Source: Eledone cirrhosa
Lineage: Eukaryota
Direction of reading: 5' to 3'
Length of the DNA: 64,000 nt
NCBI GenBank assembly: GCA_964016885.1
Contig: OZ024741.1
Span: 271,064,001-271,128,000 of the forward strand
Position numbers and translations under genes: made by a program. Below, piece by piece: positions 52,853 through 64,000 of this stretch (its first letter is position 1; each line of letters begins with the position of its first letter). Under the pieces are notes generated by a model, which was not told the origin of the DNA, made no database searches, and saw only the letters and a list, made by a program, of their open reading frames with translations.

Positions 52853-53990
52853 GGGGATGGTCATATTTGTGTAATAATATTGCCAGAATTAATAACAGAA
52901 CACACTCACTGTTTGGTTGGTTTTCGCTTCTGTGTCTTTTATATCGGTTAATTTAATTTATTCGGTCCTTAATGTTACCATTGACTGACCAATGGTCAAA
53001 AATACAGATACAATATAGACACAAACACATATATATAGTCTAACAAAGTTCTTTCGTTGCACATCTGCAACATCGTCAGTGGTGCTATTATGTTTCCTCC
53101 CGTTGTATTGTATGCCTACGCCATATTTATTTAGTCTGTTTATTTATTTATTTATTTGTCTTCTCTGCGCATGCGTTTGCGTGTGTGTATAGTGTTTTGT
53201 TTGATGTGTGTTCGTGTTTGGGTGACTGTGTATTGGTTATTGTATTCTACCTTAGTTTACTAGTGTGTGTTTATATGTGTTTTTTGTTATTGTGCTTGTG
53301 TATGTATTTATTTATTTATTTATACTTCTCTTAGGTCAGTGTTGTTTGTTTGGGTGTTGTTGTTATTCCATTCATTTTTTCTGTTTAGCCTTGGCCTTCT
53401 AAGTTCTATTTCGCTGGCTTCTCTGATTTGCCTATCTGCTGGGTCATTTCTATGTTTAGATATTATTCTAATTTCTATGTTGTCTATGTTACCGTCGTGT
53501 TGTTGGCATGTTCGTATAGTACTGAACCGTTTTTTCGTCCTTTTAGTTCTCCCCAGTGTTGGTCTATCCTTTCACCTATGCTACGAGCTGTCTCGCCTAT
53601 GTATGTTGTTGTCATGTTTCTGAAAGTACCTTCTGTACATCTTATGCTATAGACTACGTTTCTAGTTTTACTGTAATAGGCATACAATACAACGGGAGGA
53701 AACATAATAGCACCACTGACGATGTTGCAGATGTGCAACGAAAGAACTTTGTTAGACTATATATATGTGTTTGTGTCTATATTGTGTCTGTATTTTTGAC
53801 CGTTGGTCAGTCAATGGTAACATTGAGGACCGAATAAATTAAATTAACCGATATAAAAGACACAGAAGCGAAAACCAACCAAACAGTGAGTGTGTTCTGT
53901 TATTAATTCTGGCAATATTATTACACAAATATGACCCTCCCCAAGTATAACAATATTTGTTTCGACACACGATTTCATATAAAAAACCTC
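52853..53990 (-). mobile_element. 5'-truncated PLE: GIY-YIG, 3' UTR and pLTR (family F), with an inverted pLTR at the 5' junction
   Basis: NVVYSIRC..TYIGETARSIGERIDQH..SVLYEH..RQIREA.EI..RPRLNRKNEW at 53370-53670; 52853-53118 is inverted at 53677-53945. Confidence 0.88.
53707..53760 (+). ncRNA. Minimal hammerhead motif, family F
   Basis: ca-CTGACGA-t-gttgcagatgtgcaac-GAAA-gaac-TT-tg; strong stem II, weak stems I and III. Confidence 0.55.
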
Positions 53991-54076
53991 GCAAAACTAT
54001 ATATATATATATATATATAATGCATACACACATACACACACACACATATATATACATATATATATTATGCATACGT

Positions 54077-54259
<183 letters not shown>

Positions 54260-54469
54260 GTGGTAGAGGTGCCATACGGCGTCTCTAACGCATTTTAAAA
54301 CCTGACGGAATCCATCACTCTCCAAGCCTGAATACACTAGATTTCTTCCAGAGAAGGATAGAGAGTGAGAGAGGAAGTGAGAAAGAGATATAGTGGAAGA
54401 ATTTAGCCCAGTACTTGATCTCAATGTATTAAAGGCAAAGTTGACCACGGTGGGATTTGTAGTCAGAGA

Positions 54470-54870
54470 GGGGAACGTTACTGCGAGGTTGTTTTACACC
54501 CCGTAGATAGAACAACCAGGAGGACGTTTTATAAGTGTTCCTGTCTTCACTCGTTTGTCTTCTTCAACCTACAGAGAAGGCCCATTCACTCGGGCCATTT
54601 TCGCCCAATCACCCACCTTTCAGCGAATTTATTGGGGTGCAGCACCTCTCTCTCTACTCTCACCTTCCTTCTGAAGTGGTATTTAAAGAAGGGGATGAGT
54701 TGTTGTCCAGAGCGAAACGTGTTTGCCCTCAGTCATTTCAGTCTCGTCCACTATATCACTTCTTTCGCTATAGCCACCAGACAAAGGAAAACTGCCTCTC
54801 CTTCGGTGTTAAATAAAGGCGGCGGGGTAATCCTCACGGTGGACTCGGCTGACAACTGGATTCGTCCCAC
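54470..54870 (-). mobile_element. Tx1 ORF2 C-terminus and partial 3' UTR
   Basis: VGRIQLSAESTVRITPPP..EAVFLCLVA; its 5' junction abuts (GATA)n. Confidence 0.85.
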
Positions 54871-55239
54871 ATAGATAGAGAAATAGATAGACATACATAC
54901 GTATAGATAGATAGATCGACAGATAGATGGATCGGCAGATAGATCGATAAACAAATAGATAAATAGGTATATGCTCTGCTTTGATTGATTAATAATTATT
55001 TGCTTAATTAATTTTTTCATAGAGCCACACCGTGGAAAGTAGCCACACTCATATATGTATCTGTGACTAGATCTAAATATATACATATATATCCTTATGA
55101 ATTTATTCTATACTCCCGTCCGGTTGAGTAAACCTTAGGCGGTAACTAACTGCTCCTTCTAGCAGCCAACCTACCTGCCATCCGGCCTACCCTTCACACC
55201 CTTCTACTTTGACCGTTAGCCACGTGATGAATCTTACCC

Positions 55240-55671
55240 ATTTTGAATTCATTTCTAACGGCGATCACGGTAGAAACTTTAGTCCTAACTGAGGGAGTCT
55301 CTTAAGAAGCTCGGAGCCTCATGGATAATACCAGGATTGGACATATCCACCAAGTACGAGCGAAACTATCGATAGTCGGGACTGGAAGAACTTTGGTAAA
55401 GTTTATATGCATTTTTTCTTCAAACTTGCATTTTAGACTTAGCTCCGTTTAATTGATTATTTGTCTAGTTAATTTCTACAGACTAAGAGGAAAGACGAGG
55501 TAAATTGTATCTGACTTTTCCTCACAGAGGAAAGTCTGTGACATTTATCTGTTATTTCTTCAAAGTTGCATTTTAAACTTAGCTCCGTGTAAATGATTAT
55601 TTATCTGGTTGATTTCTACGGACTAAGGAGAAGAAAAATTGGATATATTTTGTCTGACTGTTCTTCAAACT

Positions 55672-55675
<4 letters not shown>
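55240..55675 (+). mobile_element. Family E PLE-type repeat
   Basis: Reverse complement of 17163-17500; GAAA-ctatcgatag-TC; ends in (TA)n. Confidence 0.7.
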
Positions 55676-55762
<87 letters not shown>

Positions 55763-55789
55763 CCAGCTACCTAGATACTAGATATATAG

Positions 55790-55846
<57 letters not shown>

Positions 55847-56060
55847 TGTAGGTAGATAAACAAAGCAACCGGTTCAATGCCATAATGGAATGGAATTTGA
55901 AATATAAAAGTGGAGTAGAGTGGTTATAAAAACAGTAGGGTCAGTAAGTAGGGTGGCAGAGAGTATGGGAGCGAGACAGGAGGGGATAGATAGATAGATA
56001 GATGAATAGATGGATAGATGGATAGATGGATAGATAAATAGATAGATGGATAGATAGATA

Positions 56061-57140
56061 TATTTCTTTATTTGCCACAAGGGCGCACAAGAAAAGGGGA
56101 CAATACAAAGACACATGCCGGGGATTTTACATACAGTCGTGTAAAAAGGTTTTAACATGAAAGATAGATATATTTCTTTATTTGACACAAGGACGCACAA
56201 GAAAAGGGGACAGTACAAAGACATGCCGGGGATTTTACATACAGTCGTGTAAAAATATTGAAACAATTATAACAATCGAAATCCCCAATAGGGGGGAGGC
56301 GCCACAAATGGGTTGTTTAATACCCCGTCGATAGAACAACCCTCAACTTCAGGAGCGTGTTGTGCAAGTGCTCCTTTCTTCCTTTTGCTCTCTTCTTTAA
56401 CCTACAGGCTTATAAACAGAGAAAGCTCAATCACTCGGGCCATTTTTGCTACATTCACCCACCTTTCAGTAAATTTACTGGGGTGCAGTGCCTCTCTCTC
56501 CACTCTGATTCTCCTTCTAAAGTGATACTTAAAGAAGGGAATAAATTGTTGTCCGGAGAGAAAGGCATCTGTCCTCAGTCCTCTCAATCTCGTCCACCAT
56601 ATAACCTCTTTCACCATAGCCACTGTACAGAGGAAAACCGCCTCTCTTTCGTTTTTGAAAGAGGTTGGCGGTTTGATCCTTACTATGGACTCAGCAGTCA
56701 ACTGGATTTGTCCCATATGCGACAGAAGTTGTTCTGTATAGTTCCACAGGCGGTTTCAATGTGCAAGGCGTGCAAGGCGGTTTCAATGTCCTGCTCGCAT
56801 CTTGGACACGTCCTCTTGGAAGGATCCCTGCCGAAGCGTCCGTGCCTGTAGATCTTATCTCGAACGGGGAGAGCTCCTCGGTAGCACTGCCACGCCAGGG
56901 ACCTCTGGAAGTTGTCCATAGGTCCCGGGCGGAAAGTCCTACCAAACAGACTGGCGAGCTCGTCGTCTTCGACGCCCAGAGTCTCCCCGAGCACGTCGTC
57001 GCACTTGTAAAGTACTAATCCTCTATAGAATGTCGAAGTGGAGTCTCCACTGATTGCCGTGCCCGCTTGACAGAGGACTGTGAGCGCCTGAGCGCAACAA
57101 TGTGCCCATCTTCTTTGGTCTTCGCTTGACCCAGGACTGG
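56061..57140 (-). mobile_element. 5'-truncated Tx1 (copy-3 subfamily) with a repeated 3' tip
   Basis: MDNFQRSLAWQCYRG..CPRC..WWTRLRG; the last ~90 nt occur twice (56061-56150 and 56171-56255), each followed by CTAT units. Confidence 0.9.
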
Positions 57141-57321
57141 CGAAGACCGAAGAAGATAGAGAAAGAGAGAGAGGGGGGGGAGAATCAGAGAGAGGGAGAG
57201 AGAAGCAGAGAAAGAGAGGGAGAGAGAGGGGGTGAGAGTGTGGAGGAGGCGATATGACTGTCGTTGCCATGAGATTCCATCGGTATATATTTCGTCTTCA
57301 CAAATGCATTGCCTGGTAACA

Positions 57322-57570
57322 GTAGCAACAACAACAATGGCAACAACAACAACAACAGCGCCAACAATAACAACAACACCAACAACAACGACGATGACGC
57401 CAACGATAGTAGCAACAACAACATCGACATCAACGACAACAAAGGCAACAACAACGACAACAACAGTGCCAACAACAAGAGTTCCAACACCAAGAAGAGT
57501 GCCAACAACAACAGCAATGACAACAACAACAACAACAACAATGATCACAACAACAACAATAACGACAACA
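57322..57570. repeat. (AAC)n-rich repeat
   Basis: Direct reading. Confidence 0.9.
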
Positions 57571-58109
57571 GTTGATGTAGTTAGAAATAGTCTTAACGTT
57601 TGGAGCACCTGTCCTTCATCGGAAGATAGAAAAAGAGAAAATTGTGGATGTTTAATGGAAAAAAGAAAAATGAGACAGATAAGAATAAAAAAGAAAACGA
57701 AGAGGGTAAGCATATTTTTTGTTGTTAGTCAGCCATCTTGAAAAAGTAAAAAAAGAATTGTCGCACTTGCCTGACCTTATTTGGTTTAACACTACACCAT
57801 TTAACAATGTTTGCCCCGCCTATATACTGTTACAATTAAATAAAGATTTAATATCACCCACTTAAAATGTGTTAACACTTTAAAAAATTACTACATAATT
57901 AAGTTGTTCTCTAAAGTCTGTCTCGAGCCCGGAGACCCATCAGGCGGGTGTTTATCCAGGTTTGGTGGCGTGACCCGACTGAGAGTACAAGACTTCCCGC
58001 AAGTCAGTCCACCAGTCCACCGCTGGGTTAAAGTCTGTCTCAAGCTAGGAGGCTTTGGACAGGACAGGGCAGGACGCCAGTCCACCACAGAGTTAAACCC
58101 CTAACTATT

Positions 58110-58660
58110 GCTAGCACTCAGTTTTAGCTGACTATACAGGAGCAACATGAAATGAAATGTTTTACTCAAGAACACAACACACAACCCAGTCTAGGAATCG
58201 AACCCATGACATTATGATCGTATTCCACACCACTAGGTAAGTCTAATACCCTTACCATTAGGCCACGCACCTAAGTTGCTTGTTAATATTTCACCACTGT
58301 GGACCCACCATGTCTGAGTGCTTAAGAAGTTTGCTTTGCTATGGTTAGGTACCAGGTTTGATCCCACAGGATAACATCTTGGGCAAATGTCATTTACTAT
58401 AAACTAAGGTTGACTCATGTCTTGGGAATAAAATTTGGTAGACAGAAACTGTGAAGAAGCCCGTCGGGTGAACTAGTGTATCTGTAATTCAAAAAGGTCA
58501 GCCTTGTCAAACATTGTGTGACGCTGAATCTCCCTGAAAAGTACGTGAAGGGTACACGTGAAAGTGGAATGCTCAGCCACTTACACGTTAATTTCATGGG
58601 CTGATGATTCAGTTGATCAAACACCTGGAATACTCATCGTCGAAACCAACGGAGGTCCAT
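58110..58660. mobile_element. Degenerate SINE remnants (minus at about 58110-58270, plus at about 58310-58660)
   Basis: GGAATCGAACC B-box reverse complement; GGTTTGATCCC..TTGGGCAA..TTTGGTAGACAGAAACTG; the tail matches 17580-17720 in reverse. Confidence 0.55.
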
Positions 58661-59346
58661 TATCGTCATCGTGTTTAGCCCTAGATGACCCCTAATTGAA
58701 CACACCTATGACCAAAGACTGCCCACACATGACCATCCAATGTTTTCCTATATTAATGGCAGAGATGTTGGCCTGTGTGTCCTTCCTTTTCTGTAGACAT
58801 TAGATTGTGATTTGGTAACGATTTCTAGCAAATCTTTTCAGTGTGTGTTAGTTTGTGTGTATGTTAGTTAGTGCGTGTGAGTGTCTGTGTGAGTTAGTGC
58901 GTGTATATGTGTGTGTGTGTGTTAGTGTTTGTGTGTGTTAATGTGTGTGTGTTAGTGCGTATGTGTGTGTGTGTTAGTGTTTGTGTGTGTTAGTGTGTGT
59001 GTGTGTTAGTGCATATGTTAGTTTGTGTGTGTGTGTGTGTATGTGTTAATGTTTGTGTGTGTGTGTTAGTGCGTGTGTGTGTTAGTGCGTGTGTATGTTA
59101 GTGCGTGTGTGTGTCTGTGTATGTGTGTATGTGTGTATGTATGTACGTGTGTGTATGTGTGTGTGTGTTAGTGTTTATGTGTGTGTGTATGCTTGTATGT
59201 ATGTGTTTGTATGTGTGTGCGGTGAGTGTACAACACAGGTCCATAGATTATATACCACTTCCGTATCATGAAATGCCACGCCCATACACCCCCTCCCTAT
59301 ATACCATTCACACCCTCACCTGCACCTCCATCACCTTTTCTCCTAT

Positions 59347-59438
<92 letters not shown>

Positions 59439-59477
59439 ACGTATGAAGCGGAATTTTCGGTTTTTGAAGTATTGAGA

Positions 59478-59550
<73 letters not shown>

Positions 59551-59761
59551 CGTGTGTGTGTGTGTGTGTGTAAGTATAAAGAAAGTGGTATGAAGCCCAA
59601 ATACCGGCTAGCCAGTATCTGGAGGATATGGGGTTCATATCCTCATACCAGCCAATGGCAACTTCTTTTGCCGTCTTTCAAGGGTGTTCACCATATTTTA
59701 AAGCATTTCTGTGCTTCAGCTCTTTCTTTATACTTATATACCAATTTATTTATTTATTCAT

Positions 59762-59800
<39 letters not shown>

Positions 59801-59918
59801 TTCAATTTAAACGTCCGTATAGAGCTAGTAAGCCATGATAGACTAGGAGAAGTATCGAGTACAGTTGGTAATTTAAAAAGTAATTAAAATGTTTTATAAA
59901 AGGGGGGAAAATAAAATT

Positions 59919-59949
<31 letters not shown>

Positions 59950-60203
59950 GTAAATAATAATAAATTTGAAGACTAGAATCCAAAGAGGGCTCTATAAGGA
60001 TAAATATATATCAAATATATAAGGACCCTAGAGCAGATATTTCAGAAGATCCCGATAAGGGTGAAAGCAGCGATTCTTTGCTTAAACATTAATCTGTTAT
60101 TTTAATTAATATATATATATATATTTGAAAAAAAAGGAAAAGAATGACTTCACTTGTAGTTCTAAACACATTGATTTAATTTTATAATATAATATTATGA
60201 GTT

Positions 60204-60292
<89 letters not shown>

Positions 60293-60448
60293 ATGTGGTT
60301 GACAGCTGGGAGAAAAGAGTACTCAATACCGAAGTAGAGTTTTATGTATTCATTTTATTAATGCTAAATAGTGAGTCTTGTTACTCTGGAGTTTCACCTG
60401 TTTGATGACCCTGTGAACAACAGGCTAATCTCCAGAGTAACAAGACTC

Positions 60449-60590
<142 letters not shown>

Positions 60591-60730
60591 CACACACATA
60601 CATATGTGTATATAAATATATATATATACATGTATAGAGTGGTAAAAACCAGGTAAGCCATAACCAGAGTACTCGATACTTTTCATATTTTCATATGTAT
60701 ATGTATATATATATGCGTATATATATATGC

Positions 60731-60797
<67 letters not shown>

Positions 60798-60818
60798 TAT
60801 ATATATATATATATATAA

Positions 60819-61117
<299 letters not shown>

Positions 61118-61193
61118 CATGTGACAATTCTTAGCCATTTTAAATTCGTTTCTGGCGGGGATCATTTAAGAAAAATCTTTGTCCAATTGAGTT

Positions 61194-61278
61194 TGTTTCC
61201 TGATGAATTCTAAACTCGTTGGTTTTTCCATGATCGGATATTTCCAAAAAGCGAATGAAACCCCCGGGGGTAGAAACA
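61194..61278 (+). ncRNA. Intact type-I hammerhead motif with extended stem II and palindromic stem III (family E')
   Basis: tgtttc-CTGATGA-attc(42 nt)gaat-GAAA-cccccggggg-TA-gaaaca. Confidence 0.8.
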
Positions 61279-61711
61279 TGATTTTGGTATGTTTATGTAC
61301 ATTTTTTCTTCTAACTTTGATTTTGTACCTAATTGTGTATGGTTAGCTATATGTCTAGTCAATTTCTACGGGCTATTAGAAATACTGGATAAATCTTCTG
61401 TGGCTGTGGATCGCGGATTATAATAGCTATCATTTATTTATCTATTGTTTCTTCATAGGTACATTTTAAACTTATAGCCTCGTTTAATTGATTTTTTATG
61501 TGGTTGATTATGCTGATTGGGAGAAGAAATACTGTATATATTTTATCAAATGATTCTATGGACTTACTTTCTTATATATATATATATAGTAACAATAATA
61601 ATAAATTTGAAGACTAAAATCCAAAGGTTAGTTTCAGAAGATCCCGTTAAGGGTGAAAGCAGTGATTCTTTGCTTAAACTTTAATCTGTTATTTTAATAA
61701 AAAAAAAAAAA

Positions 61712-61751
<40 letters not shown>

Positions 61752-61754
<3 letters not shown>

Positions 61755-61937
61755 CGAAGGAAATGTGGTAAGGAACCAGGTGGACCATAACGCACCAAAG
61801 TACTCAATACTTGAGGTAGTAGAGTGGGTAATAGGAACCAGTAAGACCCCGACAGCTGAGCTCAAGCCGTTTCGACGGCTAATTCTGGAATTAGCCGTCG
61901 AAACGGCTTGAGCTCAGCTGTCGGGGTCTTACTGGTT

Positions 61938-61940
<3 letters not shown>
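61752..61940. mobile_element. Family C fold-back pLTR in (TA)n
   Basis: Perfect arms 61831-61885 / 61888-61942. Confidence 0.8.
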
Positions 61941-61984
<44 letters not shown>

Positions 61985-62001
61985 ATATATATATGTATAT
62001 A

Positions 62002-62077
<76 letters not shown>

Positions 62078-62444
62078 TATGTGTGTGCCTGTGTATTATA
62101 TATATATATACTTTGATAACTTTGATAGATTTCAGCCAGTATAGGCCCAGGAGAGATGGTCATGACTGGATCTTGTAACATTTTTGTTCCGTGTGTGAAC
62201 ATAAGTAAATAACATAATATATCAGCTCTCATACCAGATTGGGAACTCTTTTACTTTTTACTATCACATTCACGGATGTTTTACTACACACACATACACA
62301 CACACGTACGCACACATACACATATCATACACATACACATACACACACAGGCACACACACATACACACATGTAGTTGAACAAATAAAACAAAACAGAGGG
62401 ATGCAAAAATACAAAAATATTATTTGGATCATGATTAGGAAGAA

Positions 62445-62494
<50 letters not shown>

Positions 62495-62605
62495 GTGTGT
62501 GTATTTCTTCCTAATCATGATACTAATAATATTTTTGTATTTTTGCATCCATCTGTTTTGTTTTATTTGTTCAACTACATATACAGGTGTGTATGTGTGT
62601 GTGTC

Positions 62606-62636
<31 letters not shown>

Positions 62637-62789
62637 ATATGTGTGCGTATATATATATATACTGTATCTGAATATATATATATATATATATATATATTTA
62701 CTGGGAGTGTATTATATATATATATACATATATCTGATATCTATCTAAATATATATATGATATCTATCTATCTATATATATATTTATAC

Positions 62790-63390
62790 GATATATTAAC
62801 AAATGGAAACTATATTTATAAAACCATATTTATTTCATTATACATATTTCAAGGACACCAAGTTAAATTATGGTGTGCTTTCATCAGATAAAATATAATC
62901 TAGATCAGTTTTATAAATAAATATTGACATACCCTTAAAGAATGCGACCATCCGGGACCTTCCAACAGAAATGGTCGCATTATTTAAGGGTATGTCGGTG
63001 GATTGGCAGTATCGGTAGAGGGTCGGACGCCATGCTTTGACGTATAGAGTTACGGCCCTTGCCATTCTGAGTTCAAATCCCGCCGTGGTTAACTTTGCCT
63101 TTCATCCTTACGGGGTCGATAAAATAAAGTACCAGTAATGTACTGGATAATTGATGGCCTTGTGCCAAATGTAGAAACCATTATTTAAGGGTATGTCAAT
63201 ATTTATTTATAAAACTGATAAATAAATTAACTTGGTGTCCTTGAAATATGTATAATGAAATAAATATGGTTTTATAAATATAGTTTCCATTTGATAATAT
63301 CGTATTTTTACTCCAATAATTTGTTGAGTGCTTTATATCAGTTATAAAAATATTTGCTTGTTGAATCCCAACAATTTAAATAGAACTTCT
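62790..63390. mobile_element. Family G fold-back pLTR (hammerhead at 62832-62894, minus) with a SINE (62997-63180) between the arms
   Basis: 62793-62939 is inverted at 63185-63300; minus strand attttat-CTGATGA-aagcacacca..tggtgtcctt-GAAA-tatgta-TA-atgaaat. Confidence 0.78.
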
Positions 63391-63415
63391 ACATATATAT
63401 TTATATATATATACG

Positions 63416-63500
<85 letters not shown>

Positions 63501-63577
63501 TTATATGTATATATGTATATATATGTTATATATATGTATATATATATATATATGTATATATGTATATATATGTTATA

Positions 63578-63638
<61 letters not shown>

Positions 63639-63698
63639 TGTTTCTGTATATATATATATATATAGATACAGTATATATATATATATATATATACTGTA

Positions 63699-63757
<59 letters not shown>

Positions 63758-63760
<3 letters not shown>

Positions 63761-63949
63761 AACCAGTAAGACCCCGACAGCTGAGCTCAAGCCGTTTCGA
63801 CGGCTAATTCTGGACCAGAATTAGCCGTCGAAACGGCTTGAGCTCAGCTGTCGGGGTCTTACTGGTTCCTATTACCCACTCTACTACCTCAAGTATTGAG
63901 TACTTTGGTGCGTTATGGTCCACCTGGTTCCTTACCACATTTCCTTCGT
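63758..63949. mobile_element. Family C fold-back pLTR in (TA)n
   Basis: Perfect palindrome centred at about 63814; nearly identical to 61752-61940 in the opposite orientation. Confidence 0.8.
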
Positions 63950-64000
63950 TATATATATATATATATATATATATACAGATACATATATATATATATACAG

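Noticed and set aside
53955-53985. GAAACAAATATTGTT on the minus strand as a hammerhead stem III
   Set aside because: No CUGANGA upstream; the family F hammerhead is on the other strand

Overview
Repeat-dominated, AT-rich eukaryotic DNA with no host protein-coding gene I can support. The SINEs, dense microsatellites and retroelement mix suggest a coleoid cephalopod, probably an octopus (inference). Most ORFs in the track are translations of microsatellites. Real content: (1) A head-to-tail array of three L1/Tx1-type non-LTR retrotransposons (32868-45710) plus four or five 3' fragments, nearly all embedded in (CTAT)n. In both full-length copies ORF2 sits between a conserved AG|GTAAGT donor and a CTGTAG|GT acceptor that overlaps the stop codon. 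Both copies also have a candidate 5'-UTR intron and a covarying structured 3' end. (2) A near-complete Naiad-type Penelope-like element (8182-11707), several PLE fragments, and many short fold-back pLTR insertions in (TA)n. Together these carry about eight distinct families of type-I hammerhead ribozyme motifs, including a recurring CAGAAGA (U4A) core variant and a long-stem-II variant. (3) tRNA-type SINEs, fragments of RTE, RTE-X-like, R4/Dong-like, CRE-like, mariner and Helitron elements, and several minisatellites. All structures were read by eye, and element boundaries are approximate.
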